Of a stretch of 64,000 bases of DNA, positions 31,707 to 41,930 are shown one piece after another. The DNA comes from Polyangiales bacterium (lineage in GTDB: Bacteria; Myxococcota_A; Polyangia; Polyangiales; JADJQN01), in NCBI GenBank assembly GCA_964202905.1, contig CAXNJO010000002.1, forward strand, positions 320,001 to 384,000. The letters run 5' to 3'. Positions within the stretch are counted from its first letter, which is position 1. Every line of letters begins with the position of its first letter. The position numbers were made by a program, and so were the translations under genes. The notes beneath the pieces were generated by a model, which was not told the origin of the DNA, made no database searches, and saw only the letters and a program-made list of their open reading frames with translations.

Positions 31707-33719
31707 TCAGTTGATGCGGTTGAGGTTCATGCCCGCGGCGTACGCGTAGCTCACGAAGTCGTCGAAGCCGGTCACGATGACCGCGACGGGCAGATCCGAC
31801 AGCAGCGTGTGCACGCCGTCATCCTGATCGCCGTCCTCCACGCGCACGTTCGGCAGCCCGATGACGTCGGGGTAGCTCAGCTGGCAGCGGTGCACGACGT
31901 AGGTCGGCGGCGGATCGCCGGGGCGACGCTCGATGCCGTCGGCCGGGCTCGTCGTGCACTCCGCGGGCAGCGGCGCGCCGTCGAGCAGGATGCGCGCGGC
32001 CACCGGCGCCATGATCGTGAGGAAATCGAAGGCGTACTTGTCCGGCGTGAGCAGCACGTAGTCCCGGCGCCACTGCGCGATGGGCGGCACGACGATGATC
32101 GAGGGATCCCCACCCGGGTAGTAGTTCGGGATCCCCGTCGCCTCTTGGCTGCTCAGCGTCTGCAGCACGGCGACCGGGCGATCCGTGGTGAGCTGGAAAT
32201 CCTGGTCGGCGCGGAGGATCACGTCCTCGCGCGGGTAGAGCACCAACATGTCGTTCGGCGGCGGGAGCGTCGTCCGCAGCGTGGTCGTGTCGAACACCGC
32301 CACGACGCGGACCCACTCGGGCTCGTTGACCTCCGCGACGCTGTCCGCGAGCGGATTGAGGAACGCAGCGTTGAGCGCCGCGGTGCGCCGGGGCGACCGC
32401 GCGATGATGAAATCACTGCCCAGCGTGGAGTCCGGGACGAGCTGCTCTTCGAGGTGGTCGGCGCAGCACTGCCGCGTCGCGAGCGTGCCGAAGCGCGGCG
32501 CGTCCGACGCCTCGCTGCCGACGTACACGACGACCGGTTTGTCGGCATCGACGATCGAGCCCGTGAAGTCGGCGTTGAACGCCTGCGTCTCGAGGTTCAG
32601 CACATCGTAGGGCCCCAGCGTCACCGTCACGGTGTCGGTCTCGCCGAGGAAGGTGCCAGGCTCGAGCCCGACGACCTGAATCGCCTGAACACCGAGGTCG
32701 ACGTTCACCGTCGTCCCCTCCTGCGTGCCGACGATCGTGAGGAACGCGCGGAGGTCCTCGTTGGTGCTCGACGGATCGAAGTTGGTGTCCGGGTTGCTCG
32801 AATCCGCGATGGTCTGCGGCCAGCCGACCACCGTGTAGCGACGGTCGACGCCGGACGTCGGGATGAGCAGCGAGGCGTCGTTCGAGAACACGCCCACGTT
32901 GTCGAGCGGGTTGAACTGGTAGGCGACGATGGGGAGCGTGGAGCTGACGCGGTATGCGTTCGAGGTGAGCGCCGAGTGCGAGCCCTCGTTGGTCCCCGCC
33001 GCGAGGCCGCGCGCCGAGCGACCATCGACCTCGCGCCGCGGCAGCATGAAGACCTCGAGGTCGCCGGGGAGCACCGTCTGCCGGTCGACCTCGGTCGCGC
33101 GGACCGGCTCGCCGGGGGCCGCGTCGTTCTGCGTGATCACGACCTCGGTCGGCGCGACGCCCGCGTTCGACACGACCACCGCGTAGGGCTGCGCCGAGGC
33201 GTCACGCCCCACGCCGAGGGCCGCGTTGTCGAGGTCGACCGCGAAGAACTCGCAGCCCTGATAACTGCGGGTGCGCGTCGCGATCTCGCAGAGGTTCTGG
33301 CAGGAGCCGTCCTGGCACGCGAACCCCGCGTTGATGTCGCACTCCTCGGTGACGTCCCAGCCGCTGCCGTCTACGCGGCACACCGCGGCGTTGCCCTCGA
33401 AGCAGCCGACCTCGCCCGGGCGGCAGACCACGCACCACAGCCCCGGCACGCAGAGTCGCCCGTCGAGCGAGCAGTCGACGCCCCGCTGCGCGAGGAACTC
33501 GCCGTCCTGCACGCAGCTCCGGTAGACCGTCCCGTCGCACGCCTCGTCGGTGACCGACTGGCAGACGAAGCTGCCGTCGATGAACGGCGAGCGCGCGTCA
33601 GAGGCGCCCATGTCCATGCGGGGCGGGACGACCGGCGCCTTGGTGCAGCCGCCGAGCGGCGCGGCGAGAGTTCCGACGAGCAGGACCGCGAGCGAGGCCC
33701 GCGAGACGGTGTGGGTCAC
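31707..33719 (-). CDS. Lipoprotein with Cys-rich region and IgGFc-binding-protein N-terminal-like domain
   Basis: LGGC lipobox; GCEFFAVDLDN, AYQFNPL, SNDASLLIP, DHLEEQL and SYAYAAG. Confidence 0.8.
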   Translation of the reverse strand: MTHTVSRASLAVLLVGTLAAPLGGCTKAPVVPPRMDMGASDARSPFIDGSFVCQSVTDEACDGTVYRSCVQDGEFLAQRGVDCSLDGRLCVPGLWCVVCRPGEVGCFEGNAAVCRVDGSGWDVTEECDINAGFACQDGSCQNLCEIATRTRSYQGCEFFAVDLDNAALGVGRDASAQPYAVVVSNAGVAPTEVVITQNDAAPGEPVRATEVDRQTVLPGDLEVFMLPRREVDGRSARGLAAGTNEGSHSALTSNAYRVSSTLPIVAYQFNPLDNVGVFSNDASLLIPTSGVDRRYTVVGWPQTIADSSNPDTNFDPSSTNEDLRAFLTIVGTQEGTTVNVDLGVQAIQVVGLEPGTFLGETDTVTVTLGPYDVLNLETQAFNADFTGSIVDADKPVVVYVGSEASDAPRFGTLATRQCCADHLEEQLVPDSTLGSDFIIARSPRRTAALNAAFLNPLADSVAEVNEPEWVRVVAVFDTTTLRTTLPPPNDMLVLYPREDVILRADQDFQLTTDRPVAVLQTLSSQEATGIPNYYPGGDPSIIVVPPIAQWRRDYVLLTPDKYAFDFLTIMAPVAARILLDGAPLPAECTTSPADGIERRPGDPPPTYVVHRCQLSYPDVIGLPNVRVEDGDQDDGVHTLLSDLPVAVIVTGFDDFVSYAYAAGMNLNRIN

Positions 33720-33720
33720 G

Positions 33721-35835
33721 TCAGTTGGCCTGCGCCGTGAAGAAGTCGACGGCGCTCTTCTCCCAGTAGCGGTCGTTCAGGTAGGCGTAGCTGAAGGTGT
33801 CGAAGTCGAAGCCCGGGATGGTCACCGCGTACACCTGCCAGAACACGTCGCCGCGCGCGATGTCCGCGACGCCGAGCGCGGTCGTGTCGGGGATGGGCGC
33901 CTCGCGGACGTCGCCCGGCAGGAACTGACGCCACGCGGGGTTGCCGTCGCCGCCGTTCATCAGGACGATGTGCAGGCTCGGGGTCGGGCCATCGGCCTCC
34001 CAGCGCAGGATGCGATCTGCCGGCAGCGGCGCGCCGTACTCGGGGGACGTCGCGGTCGGGATGCCTAGGAAGCCGGTCATCTCGATCGGCCGATCGACGC
34101 GGACGATGCCCGTCCGCACGATCTGCGTGTAGGGGAGGCCGTCGAAGTCGCCGGTGAACCAGCCCGCCTCCACGCGGTAGCGGCCGTCCGAGAGCGCGTC
34201 GAAGAGCGCGGGCTGCGAGACGAGGCGGAAGGGGAGATCGTTCGTGCGGCGCCGCAGCGTGTCGATCTCGGTGTCGTTGACGACGCGTACGATCACGCCC
34301 TCGCCGCCGAGGTCGACCGCCGCGCGGACCTTGTAGCGGCTCGGGCCGCTGCGGCCGCGCGCAGGCAGGCCCGACATCACGACGTCGACCGAGCGGTCGA
34401 GCGTGATGTTCATCGTCATGTCGCGGTCCTCGATCTCCTCGCCGGGGCCGGCGAGCACGTTGCGCGCGATGCCCATCACGTACGGGACGAACTCACCCGT
34501 CGTGGTGTTCTCGAGGCCCGCGAGCGCGTAGACGGCCATGCTGCCGGGGCGCACGAAGATGCGGTACGGATAGCCGCGCTCGTCGCCGGGCAGCGGATCG
34601 GGGATGACCTCGAGCACGCGCTGGATCGCGCCGGGCTGCGCCGGATCCGGATTCGCCAGGTCGACGGAGGGCTGCGTCGCGTAGACGTAGGCGACCTTGA
34701 TCTCGTTCGCGCGCGCGGGCGGGATGTTGAGCCACGGGTTCGGCGAGAACTCGCTCGGTCCGCGCCAGACGAGCGATCCGCTGATGAACGATCCGCTGCG
34801 GCCGCGCCCGGGCGGCGGCATGCCCATGCCCATGCCGCACATCGGGTCCATCCAGGGGACGAGGAACATCGTCACGTCGCTCGCGTCCGCGGCGACGAAA
34901 CTCGTTTTCTCGAAGCAGAACTTGCTGCCGGTGACGACCTGCGCGCCGACGAGGTCCGCGCCGGAGAAGGTGATGCGCCCGCCCGCGTCGGTGTCGCCGA
35001 CGTACGCCCCGGCGCCGTCGCCGAGGAAGACCGTCGCGCCCTCGACCGCGTCGCCCGTCGTCGCGTTGAGCACGGTGACGTTCACGTTGCCGCTGACCGG
35101 CCCGCCGCCGAGCCCACCGCCGAACGGATCGGACGTGTCGTAGTAGGTGTAGGCGTCGGGCGCGATGACGGTCGTGCCGTCCGCGGTGTGCGTCACGGTC
35201 ACGTCGACGGTGCTCGCCGAGAGCGGCGGCGTCTTGCAGGTGATGCGCGTGGGCGAGACGACCGCGACGTCGGTGCAGGCGCTGCGCCCGAAGGTCACGG
35301 TGTCGCCCTCGGCGAAGTTCGTGCCCTGCCCGACGAGGCTGACGAAGGTGCCACCGGCCACCGACCCGCGGTCGGGCTCGACGTAGAGGGCGTCGTACGT
35401 GTAGCCGTCCTCGAGCATCACGGTGTCGCTGCCGAGGGTCACCGCGACGTCCGCGGGACCGACCTCGCCCGCGGGCACGACGACCTGCAGGCGCCGCGTG
35501 TCGATGAGCTCCATGTCGGCGGGCTGGACCATGCGCCCGCCGAAGGAGACGACCGCGTCGAGGGAGAAGCCGCTGCCGCGCAGGACGACCACGTTCCCGC
35601 CGCGGAAGGGGCCGTGATCGGGCACCGCGCGCGTGAACACGAGCTCGCTCGAGCCGATGCCGGTGTCCGGGAAGGAGGTGCCGAGATCCTCGGGCGGCGG
35701 GCCTGCGTCGCGGCCTCCCGTCCCGAGATCGACGTCCTCACCGACACCCTCGTCGCGGCCGCTGCAACCGGCGCCGAGCGCCGCGAGCGCCACCACGAAC
35801 ACCACCGCCGAACGCCCGAGCATCTTCACACGCAT
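33721..35835 (-). CDS. Lipoprotein with two IPT/TIG domains and further Ig-like domains
   Basis: GAGC lipobox; PDHGPFRGGNVVVLRGSGF and PDRGSVAGGTFVSLVGQGTNF IPT starts. Confidence 0.8.
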   Translation of the reverse strand: MRVKMLGRSAVVFVVALAALGAGCSGRDEGVGEDVDLGTGGRDAGPPPEDLGTSFPDTGIGSSELVFTRAVPDHGPFRGGNVVVLRGSGFSLDAVVSFGGRMVQPADMELIDTRRLQVVVPAGEVGPADVAVTLGSDTVMLEDGYTYDALYVEPDRGSVAGGTFVSLVGQGTNFAEGDTVTFGRSACTDVAVVSPTRITCKTPPLSASTVDVTVTHTADGTTVIAPDAYTYYDTSDPFGGGLGGGPVSGNVNVTVLNATTGDAVEGATVFLGDGAGAYVGDTDAGGRITFSGADLVGAQVVTGSKFCFEKTSFVAADASDVTMFLVPWMDPMCGMGMGMPPPGRGRSGSFISGSLVWRGPSEFSPNPWLNIPPARANEIKVAYVYATQPSVDLANPDPAQPGAIQRVLEVIPDPLPGDERGYPYRIFVRPGSMAVYALAGLENTTTGEFVPYVMGIARNVLAGPGEEIEDRDMTMNITLDRSVDVVMSGLPARGRSGPSRYKVRAAVDLGGEGVIVRVVNDTEIDTLRRRTNDLPFRLVSQPALFDALSDGRYRVEAGWFTGDFDGLPYTQIVRTGIVRVDRPIEMTGFLGIPTATSPEYGAPLPADRILRWEADGPTPSLHIVLMNGGDGNPAWRQFLPGDVREAPIPDTTALGVADIARGDVFWQVYAVTIPGFDFDTFSYAYLNDRYWEKSAVDFFTAQAN

Positions 35836-35901
35836 GTCGCACCTCGCGCCTGGCCAGTGGCTTCCGCGGAAGTATCGGGTTAGCTAAGGGCAAGTCAAGC
35901 C

Positions 35902-37005
35902 ATGAGCCTCCTGCGCCTGGTGGTGAGCGACCTGCATCTCGGCACCGGCGTGCGGCAGGGAGAACTCAACGCATTCGAGGACTTCCTGCACGACGACCGC
36001 TTCGCCGAGCTGCTCGCGCACTACGACGCGGAGGCCGGCGACGCGATGGAGGTCGAGCTCGTCCTGAACGGCGACATCTTCGACCTGCTCAAGGTGAAGG
36101 TCGATGGTGTGTGGCCGCTCGAGATCACCGCCGAGATCGCGGTCGAGAAGCTGCGCCAGTGCCTCGACGGGCACCCGCGCTTCGTGCTCGCGCTGCGCGC
36201 ATTCCTCGAGCGCCCGGCCCGGCGCATCACGTTCATCCCCGGCAACCACGACCTCGATATGTGGTTCCCCGCGACGCACGAGCTCTTCCGGCGCCGCATC
36301 GCGCCCGGCGCGCTCGGGGAGCGCGTGCGCTTCGTGACGCAGTCGGACACGTACCACCTGCCCGAGGGCATCCAGATCCGCCACGGCCACCAGCTCGAGC
36401 GCATCCACCGCGTCGACTACGCGCGGATGACGCGGCGACGGCGCGACGGACGCGAGGTGCTCGACCTCCCGTGGGGCAGCCTGTGGATCCTCGAGGTGAT
36501 GAACCCCGCGAAGGAAGAGCGCAGCTACATCGACCGCATCCAGCCGCTCTCGCGCTTCCTGCTCGCGGGGCTCGTGCTCGACACGGGCTTCTCGGTCCGC
36601 TTCCTGGTGCGCTCGGCGTTCTATTTCCTGCGGCACCGCGTGTTCACGATCCGCGCCTGGAGCCAGCGCATCCGCAACTTCATGACGCTGCTGCGGGAGG
36701 AGATCATCGCGCTCGGCGGGTACGACGAGCTCGCGACGCGCGCGCTCCGGCGCGTGCGCGGCGTGCACACGCTCATCGTCGGGCACAGCCATGCGCCGCG
36801 CTTTCGCGCGATGCCGGGCAACAAAGTGCTCGTGAACACCGGCACCTGGATGAAGATGGTCAACCTCGACCTGCGGCACCTCGGGCAGGACAGCGGCCTC
36901 ACCTACGCGGTGATCGATTACACCCCCGAGGGCCGTCCGCGCACACGCCTCATGCGCTGGAACGGCACGCAGCAATCGTGCGAGACGATCTTCTACGCGG
37001 ACTGA
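35902..37005 (+). CDS. Calcineurin-like metallophosphoesterase
   Basis: SDLHLG, GDIFD, GNHD, HGH, GHSH and NTGTW. Confidence 0.9.
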   Translation: MSLLRLVVSDLHLGTGVRQGELNAFEDFLHDDRFAELLAHYDAEAGDAMEVELVLNGDIFDLLKVKVDGVWPLEITAEIAVEKLRQCLDGHPRFVLALRAFLERPARRITFIPGNHDLDMWFPATHELFRRRIAPGALGERVRFVTQSDTYHLPEGIQIRHGHQLERIHRVDYARMTRRRRDGREVLDLPWGSLWILEVMNPAKEERSYIDRIQPLSRFLLAGLVLDTGFSVRFLVRSAFYFLRHRVFTIRAWSQRIRNFMTLLREEIIALGGYDELATRALRRVRGVHTLIVGHSHAPRFRAMPGNKVLVNTGTWMKMVNLDLRHLGQDSGLTYAVIDYTPEGRPRTRLMRWNGTQQSCETIFYAD

Positions 37006-37901
37006 GCGCGCGCGAGGGCGAGGCGCTCGGGCCGGGCCTGCGCGTCGGCGCCTACACGCTGCGCGCCGAGCTCGGGCGCGGGGCGCAGGGCGTCGTGTGG
37101 GAGGCCGACGACGACGCGGGCATGCGCGTCGCGATCAAGCGCCTCGACGCCGATTCGGTCTCGGAGCCGGCGCTCCGCGCGCAGCTCGCGACCCTGCGCG
37201 CGCGGCCGCACCCCGGCCTCGTCGCGCTCCGCGAGGCCTTGGCGCACGACGACGCGCTGCACCTCGTGATGGAGCACATCCCCGGCGACGACCTCGTGCG
37301 CCACGTCCGGCACGACGCGCGCGTCGAGGCGACGAGCGCCCCGCACCTGCCGCTCGCGTTCGGACAGGCGCTCCGCCCGCTCGGCTCGTCCGCGTTCACG
37401 ACGTGCACGCCCGCGGGGCTCGCGCGGCTGCGGCGCGCCTTCGCGCAGCTCGCGGACGCGCTCGAGGCGCTGCATGCGCTCGGCCTCGTGCACCGCGATC
37501 TCCACCCCGGGAACGTGCGCGTCACGCCCGAGGGCCGCGTCGTCGTGCTCGACCTCGGGACGCTGCCGCGCGCCGGCGACACGCACGACCCGGACCGCGC
37601 GGTGGGCCCCGTCTCGCACGCCGCGCCGGAGCTCGGCGACGAGCGCCCCCTCGCCCCCGCGGCCGACTGGTACGCGGTCGGCGTGCTGCTCTTCGAGGCG
37701 CTCACCGGCGACCTGCCCTTCTCGGGTGGCGGCCGCGACGCGTTCGTCCGCAAACAGACGGTCTCCGCGCCCTCGCCGGGCCTGCTCGTGCGCGGTGTGC
37801 CGGCCGACCTCGACGCGCTCTGCGCGGGGCTCCTCGAGGCCTCGCCGCGGCTCCGCGAAGGGGCAGCCCAGATCCGCGCGCGCTGCGGCGGGCCGACCTA
37901 G
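36978..37901 (+). CDS. Hanks-type Ser/Thr kinase domain protein with degenerate motifs
   Basis: LGRGAQGVV, VAIK, LVMEH, HRDLHPGN, DLG, APE and DWYAVG; start uncertain. Confidence 0.8.
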   Translation: MRDDLLRGLSAREGEALGPGLRVGAYTLRAELGRGAQGVVWEADDDAGMRVAIKRLDADSVSEPALRAQLATLRARPHPGLVALREALAHDDALHLVMEHIPGDDLVRHVRHDARVEATSAPHLPLAFGQALRPLGSSAFTTCTPAGLARLRRAFAQLADALEALHALGLVHRDLHPGNVRVTPEGRVVVLDLGTLPRAGDTHDPDRAVGPVSHAAPELGDERPLAPAADWYAVGVLLFEALTGDLPFSGGGRDAFVRKQTVSAPSPGLLVRGVPADLDALCAGLLEASPRLREGAAQIRARCGGPT

Positions 37902-37913
37902 CCGCGACGCGAC

Positions 37914-38978
37914 CTACGCGCCGCCGCGCTCGGTGTCGGTCGCCGCGCGGCGCGCCTCTTCGCGCCACGCGACCTTGCGCCGCAGCCGCCTGCGTCCGCC
38001 CTGCATCGGCCTGCGGTGCCGCGCCGGGACCCCCGCCTCGAGTCGTCCCTCGAGCTCGTGTGCGGCGGCCGCGACCTCCGCGCCGAGCAGCACGACGAGC
38101 CACGTGAGGAACACCCACACGAGCAGCAGCGGCATGAACGCGACCGCGCCCCACACGAGATGCAGCCCACCGCCGAGGTACGTCACGTAGACGCTGAAGC
38201 CGAGTTTCCCGGCCTCGAGGAGCAACGCGGCGCAGAGCGCACCGACGAGCGCCCAGCCCTTGCCGACGTGCCGCCCCGGCAGATACGCGTAGAGCAAAAA
38301 GAGCGCGAGCGTGCTGCCCGCGAGCGGCAACAGGTGGGTGTCGACGAGCTGGAAGGCCCCGCCCGCCGCGAAGTGCGGGAGATAGCGCGCCCCGAAGACC
38401 GCGAGGAGCGGCGCGCCGACCGCGAGCGCCGCGTGCACGAAGAAGCGCAGCGAGAACGTCGGCAACGGCGGCGCGCGGAAGATGTCGGCGAGCGCCGACT
38501 CCGCCTGACGCACGAGGCCCGTCATGACGGGCAGCAAGAGCACGAGGGCGACGAACCCCGCGGCCGCGATCTCCGAGCGCGTGACGAGCCCGAGCACGGC
38601 CTCCGTCGCCCCGTCCGTCGCCCGCGGGAAGTAGCGCTCCGCGAGCGCGCGCACGAGCCCCTGCGACCCCGCCGTGCCGCCCCAGCGCGAGAGCAGCGCG
38701 AACGTCACCGCGAGGATCGGCACGACGCTCAGCAGCGTGCCGAAGGCGAGCGCCGCCGCCCGCTGCGAGACGCGATCGGCCACGACGCGCCGCACGAGCC
38801 GCCCCACGAAGCGGAAGGCGACGGTCGCGCGCATCGTCCACGGGTGCCGCGCGCGCTCGGCGGGCGGCGGCAACATCGACCGCCGCGCGTAGACGCGCGC
38901 CCTCAGCAGCGCGGTCGCCGTGCGACGCCTCGCGCGCCGGGTGCCGCCCTCCCCGCCCTCGTCGCCTTGCTCGCCCAC
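37914..38978 (-). CDS. YihY/BrkB family inner membrane protein
   Basis: AAALAFGTLLSVVP and VWGAVAFMPLLLVWVFLTWLVVLLGAE; about 6 TM helices; start uncertain. Confidence 0.88.
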   Translation of the reverse strand: MGEQGDEGGEGGTRRARRRTATALLRARVYARRSMLPPPAERARHPWTMRATVAFRFVGRLVRRVVADRVSQRAAALAFGTLLSVVPILAVTFALLSRWGGTAGSQGLVRALAERYFPRATDGATEAVLGLVTRSEIAAAGFVALVLLLPVMTGLVRQAESALADIFRAPPLPTFSLRFFVHAALAVGAPLLAVFGARYLPHFAAGGAFQLVDTHLLPLAGSTLALFLLYAYLPGRHVGKGWALVGALCAALLLEAGKLGFSVYVTYLGGGLHLVWGAVAFMPLLLVWVFLTWLVVLLGAEVAAAAHELEGRLEAGVPARHRRPMQGGRRRLRRKVAWREEARRAATDTERGGA

Positions 38979-39097
38979 GTCGCCCGCGGCGGCACGCTAT
39001 CACGGGGCGCGCGCCCGCCACCGACTCGCGTTCCGGCATGCGCCTTCGGCCGCACGCCCCGCCGACGCGCCCCCGGTCGCCCCGCGGCGTTCGCCGG

Positions 39098-39168
39098 AGA
39101 CAATCTGACACCGCCCCGACAACTCGACAGCCGCAGCGCAGCGTGTCACAGCGCTTGCCATGGTGTCA
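39098..39168. promoter_or_regulatory. Two TGYCA-N3-TGTC sites in the yihY/activator divergent region (candidate activator binding sites)
   Basis: AGACAATCTGACA at 39098-39110 (reverse complement TGTCAGATTGTCT) and TGCCATGGTGTCA at 39156-39168. Confidence 0.5.
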
Positions 39169-39170
39169 GA

Positions 39171-40571
<1,401 letters not shown>

Positions 40572-40648
40572 ATGGACGCGCCGAGCCGGGACGCCGCCGC
40601 ACACCGGACGGGGTCGAGGGGGCCCCTCGGGGGGGCACGCGTTCGCTC

Positions 40649-40702
40649 TGCCAGATTGTCAACGGACGTCCCGCCCGGAGGGCGCGCGCTGCCACCTTGT
40701 CG
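40649..40702. promoter_or_regulatory. Candidate upstream activator sites (tandem TGCCA-N3-TGTC)
   Basis: TGCCAGATTGTCA at 40649-40661 and TGCCACCTTGTCG at 40690-40702, 41 bp apart. Confidence 0.55.
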
Positions 40703-40786
40703 GCCGGCCCCGGGTGCCACGGCCCCGCGGAGCGACGAGCGGCCCGAAACGCAGCGGATCGACCGCGAACGCGCCATCGGGAGCGT

Positions 40787-40804
40787 CAGGCACGCGGCCT
40801 GCTA
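40787..40804 (+). promoter_or_regulatory. Sigma54 -24/-12 promoter of the gsp operon
   Basis: caGGCACGcggccTGCTa with exact GG-N10-GC spacing, about 70 bp upstream of the gspC start. Confidence 0.7.
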
Positions 40805-40873
40805 TGCACGGCCCGGGCGTGGTGTCGCCGGCGTCCGGGCCGGGTGCCCGGGCGGACCGGAAGCGGAGGGTTC

Positions 40874-41908
40874 GTGAGCGTCGATGCGAAGCAGCGCCGT
40901 GTGACCGTGGCCGTCGTCCTCGTGACGACCGGCCTCGTCTCGCTGTTCCTCGCGTCGGGTCTCACGCGGCTGGCCGCGACCGCGCTCCTGCCGCTCGAAG
41001 CGGCAGCCCCGACGCGCGCCCCCTCGGCCGCGACCGGTCGGCCGCTCGGCGCGGGACAATCGCCCGGCGCCCGCCGCAAGGACCCGACGGCGGTCCTTCG
41101 CCGCAACATCTTCGACTCGCAGACGGGCCCGCAGGACGGCGAGCGCGTGCGCCCGCCCAGCCCCGAAGAGCTCGCCGCGGCCGCCGCCGCAGCCGCCGCG
41201 CCCGCCGAGGCGCCCCCCGTCGACCCCAACGCGCCGCCCCCGCCGTGCGACGGCGCGATCCGCCTCGTGGGCGCCTTCTACACGCCCAACCGGCCGGAGC
41301 GCTCCTTCGCCGCGATCACGAACGTCGCCGGGAAGGTGCTGCTCTACCGCCTCGGGATGCCGGTCGACGGCCGCACGGTCAACGCCATCGGCCCCAACAC
41401 CGTCTACATGCTGCAGGGCGCCGCGCGCTGCAGCCTCACGATGTTCGCGCCCCCGGGCGGCCTGCCCGTCGCGCCGACCGCCGCGCCCGCGGTCGCAGCG
41501 GCCGTGACGGCCGAGCCGGCGGGCCCCGCGGAGCCGTCGGGCGGCATCCCGGCCGCGGAGCTCGACGCGGGCATCACCCGCGTGAGCGACACCGAGTACC
41601 GCATCCAGCGCGGCCTCGTGAACCGCATCCTCGAGAACCAGTCGGAGCTGATGCGCACGGCGCGCGTCGTCCCGCACGAGGAGGGCGGCCGCGTCGTCGG
41701 CGTCAAGATGTACGGCATCCGCCGCAACAGCCTGCTCGGCCGCCTCGGCATGCAGAACGGCGACGTCCTGCGGACCATCAACGGGTTCGACATGACGAGC
41801 CCGGACAAGGCGCTCGAGGCCTACGCGCGCCTGCGCGAGTCCGATCACCTCACGCTCTCGGTCATCCGCCGCGGACAGCCGACGAGCGTGAACTTCAACA
41901 TCCAGTGA
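40874..41908 (+). CDS. gspC: T2SS protein GspC (TM, HR domain, PDZ)
   Basis: N-terminal TM, RRNIFDS, and C-terminal PDZ (LGMQNGDVLRTING...VIRRG); first gene of the gsp cluster. Confidence 0.88.
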   Translation: MSVDAKQRRVTVAVVLVTTGLVSLFLASGLTRLAATALLPLEAAAPTRAPSAATGRPLGAGQSPGARRKDPTAVLRRNIFDSQTGPQDGERVRPPSPEELAAAAAAAAAPAEAPPVDPNAPPPPCDGAIRLVGAFYTPNRPERSFAAITNVAGKVLLYRLGMPVDGRTVNAIGPNTVYMLQGAARCSLTMFAPPGGLPVAPTAAPAVAAAVTAEPAGPAEPSGGIPAAELDAGITRVSDTEYRIQRGLVNRILENQSELMRTARVVPHEEGGRVVGVKMYGIRRNSLLGRLGMQNGDVLRTINGFDMTSPDKALEAYARLRESDHLTLSVIRRGQPTSVNFNIQ

Positions 41909-41930
41909 GCGTTTCGGGAGCGAGCCCAAC

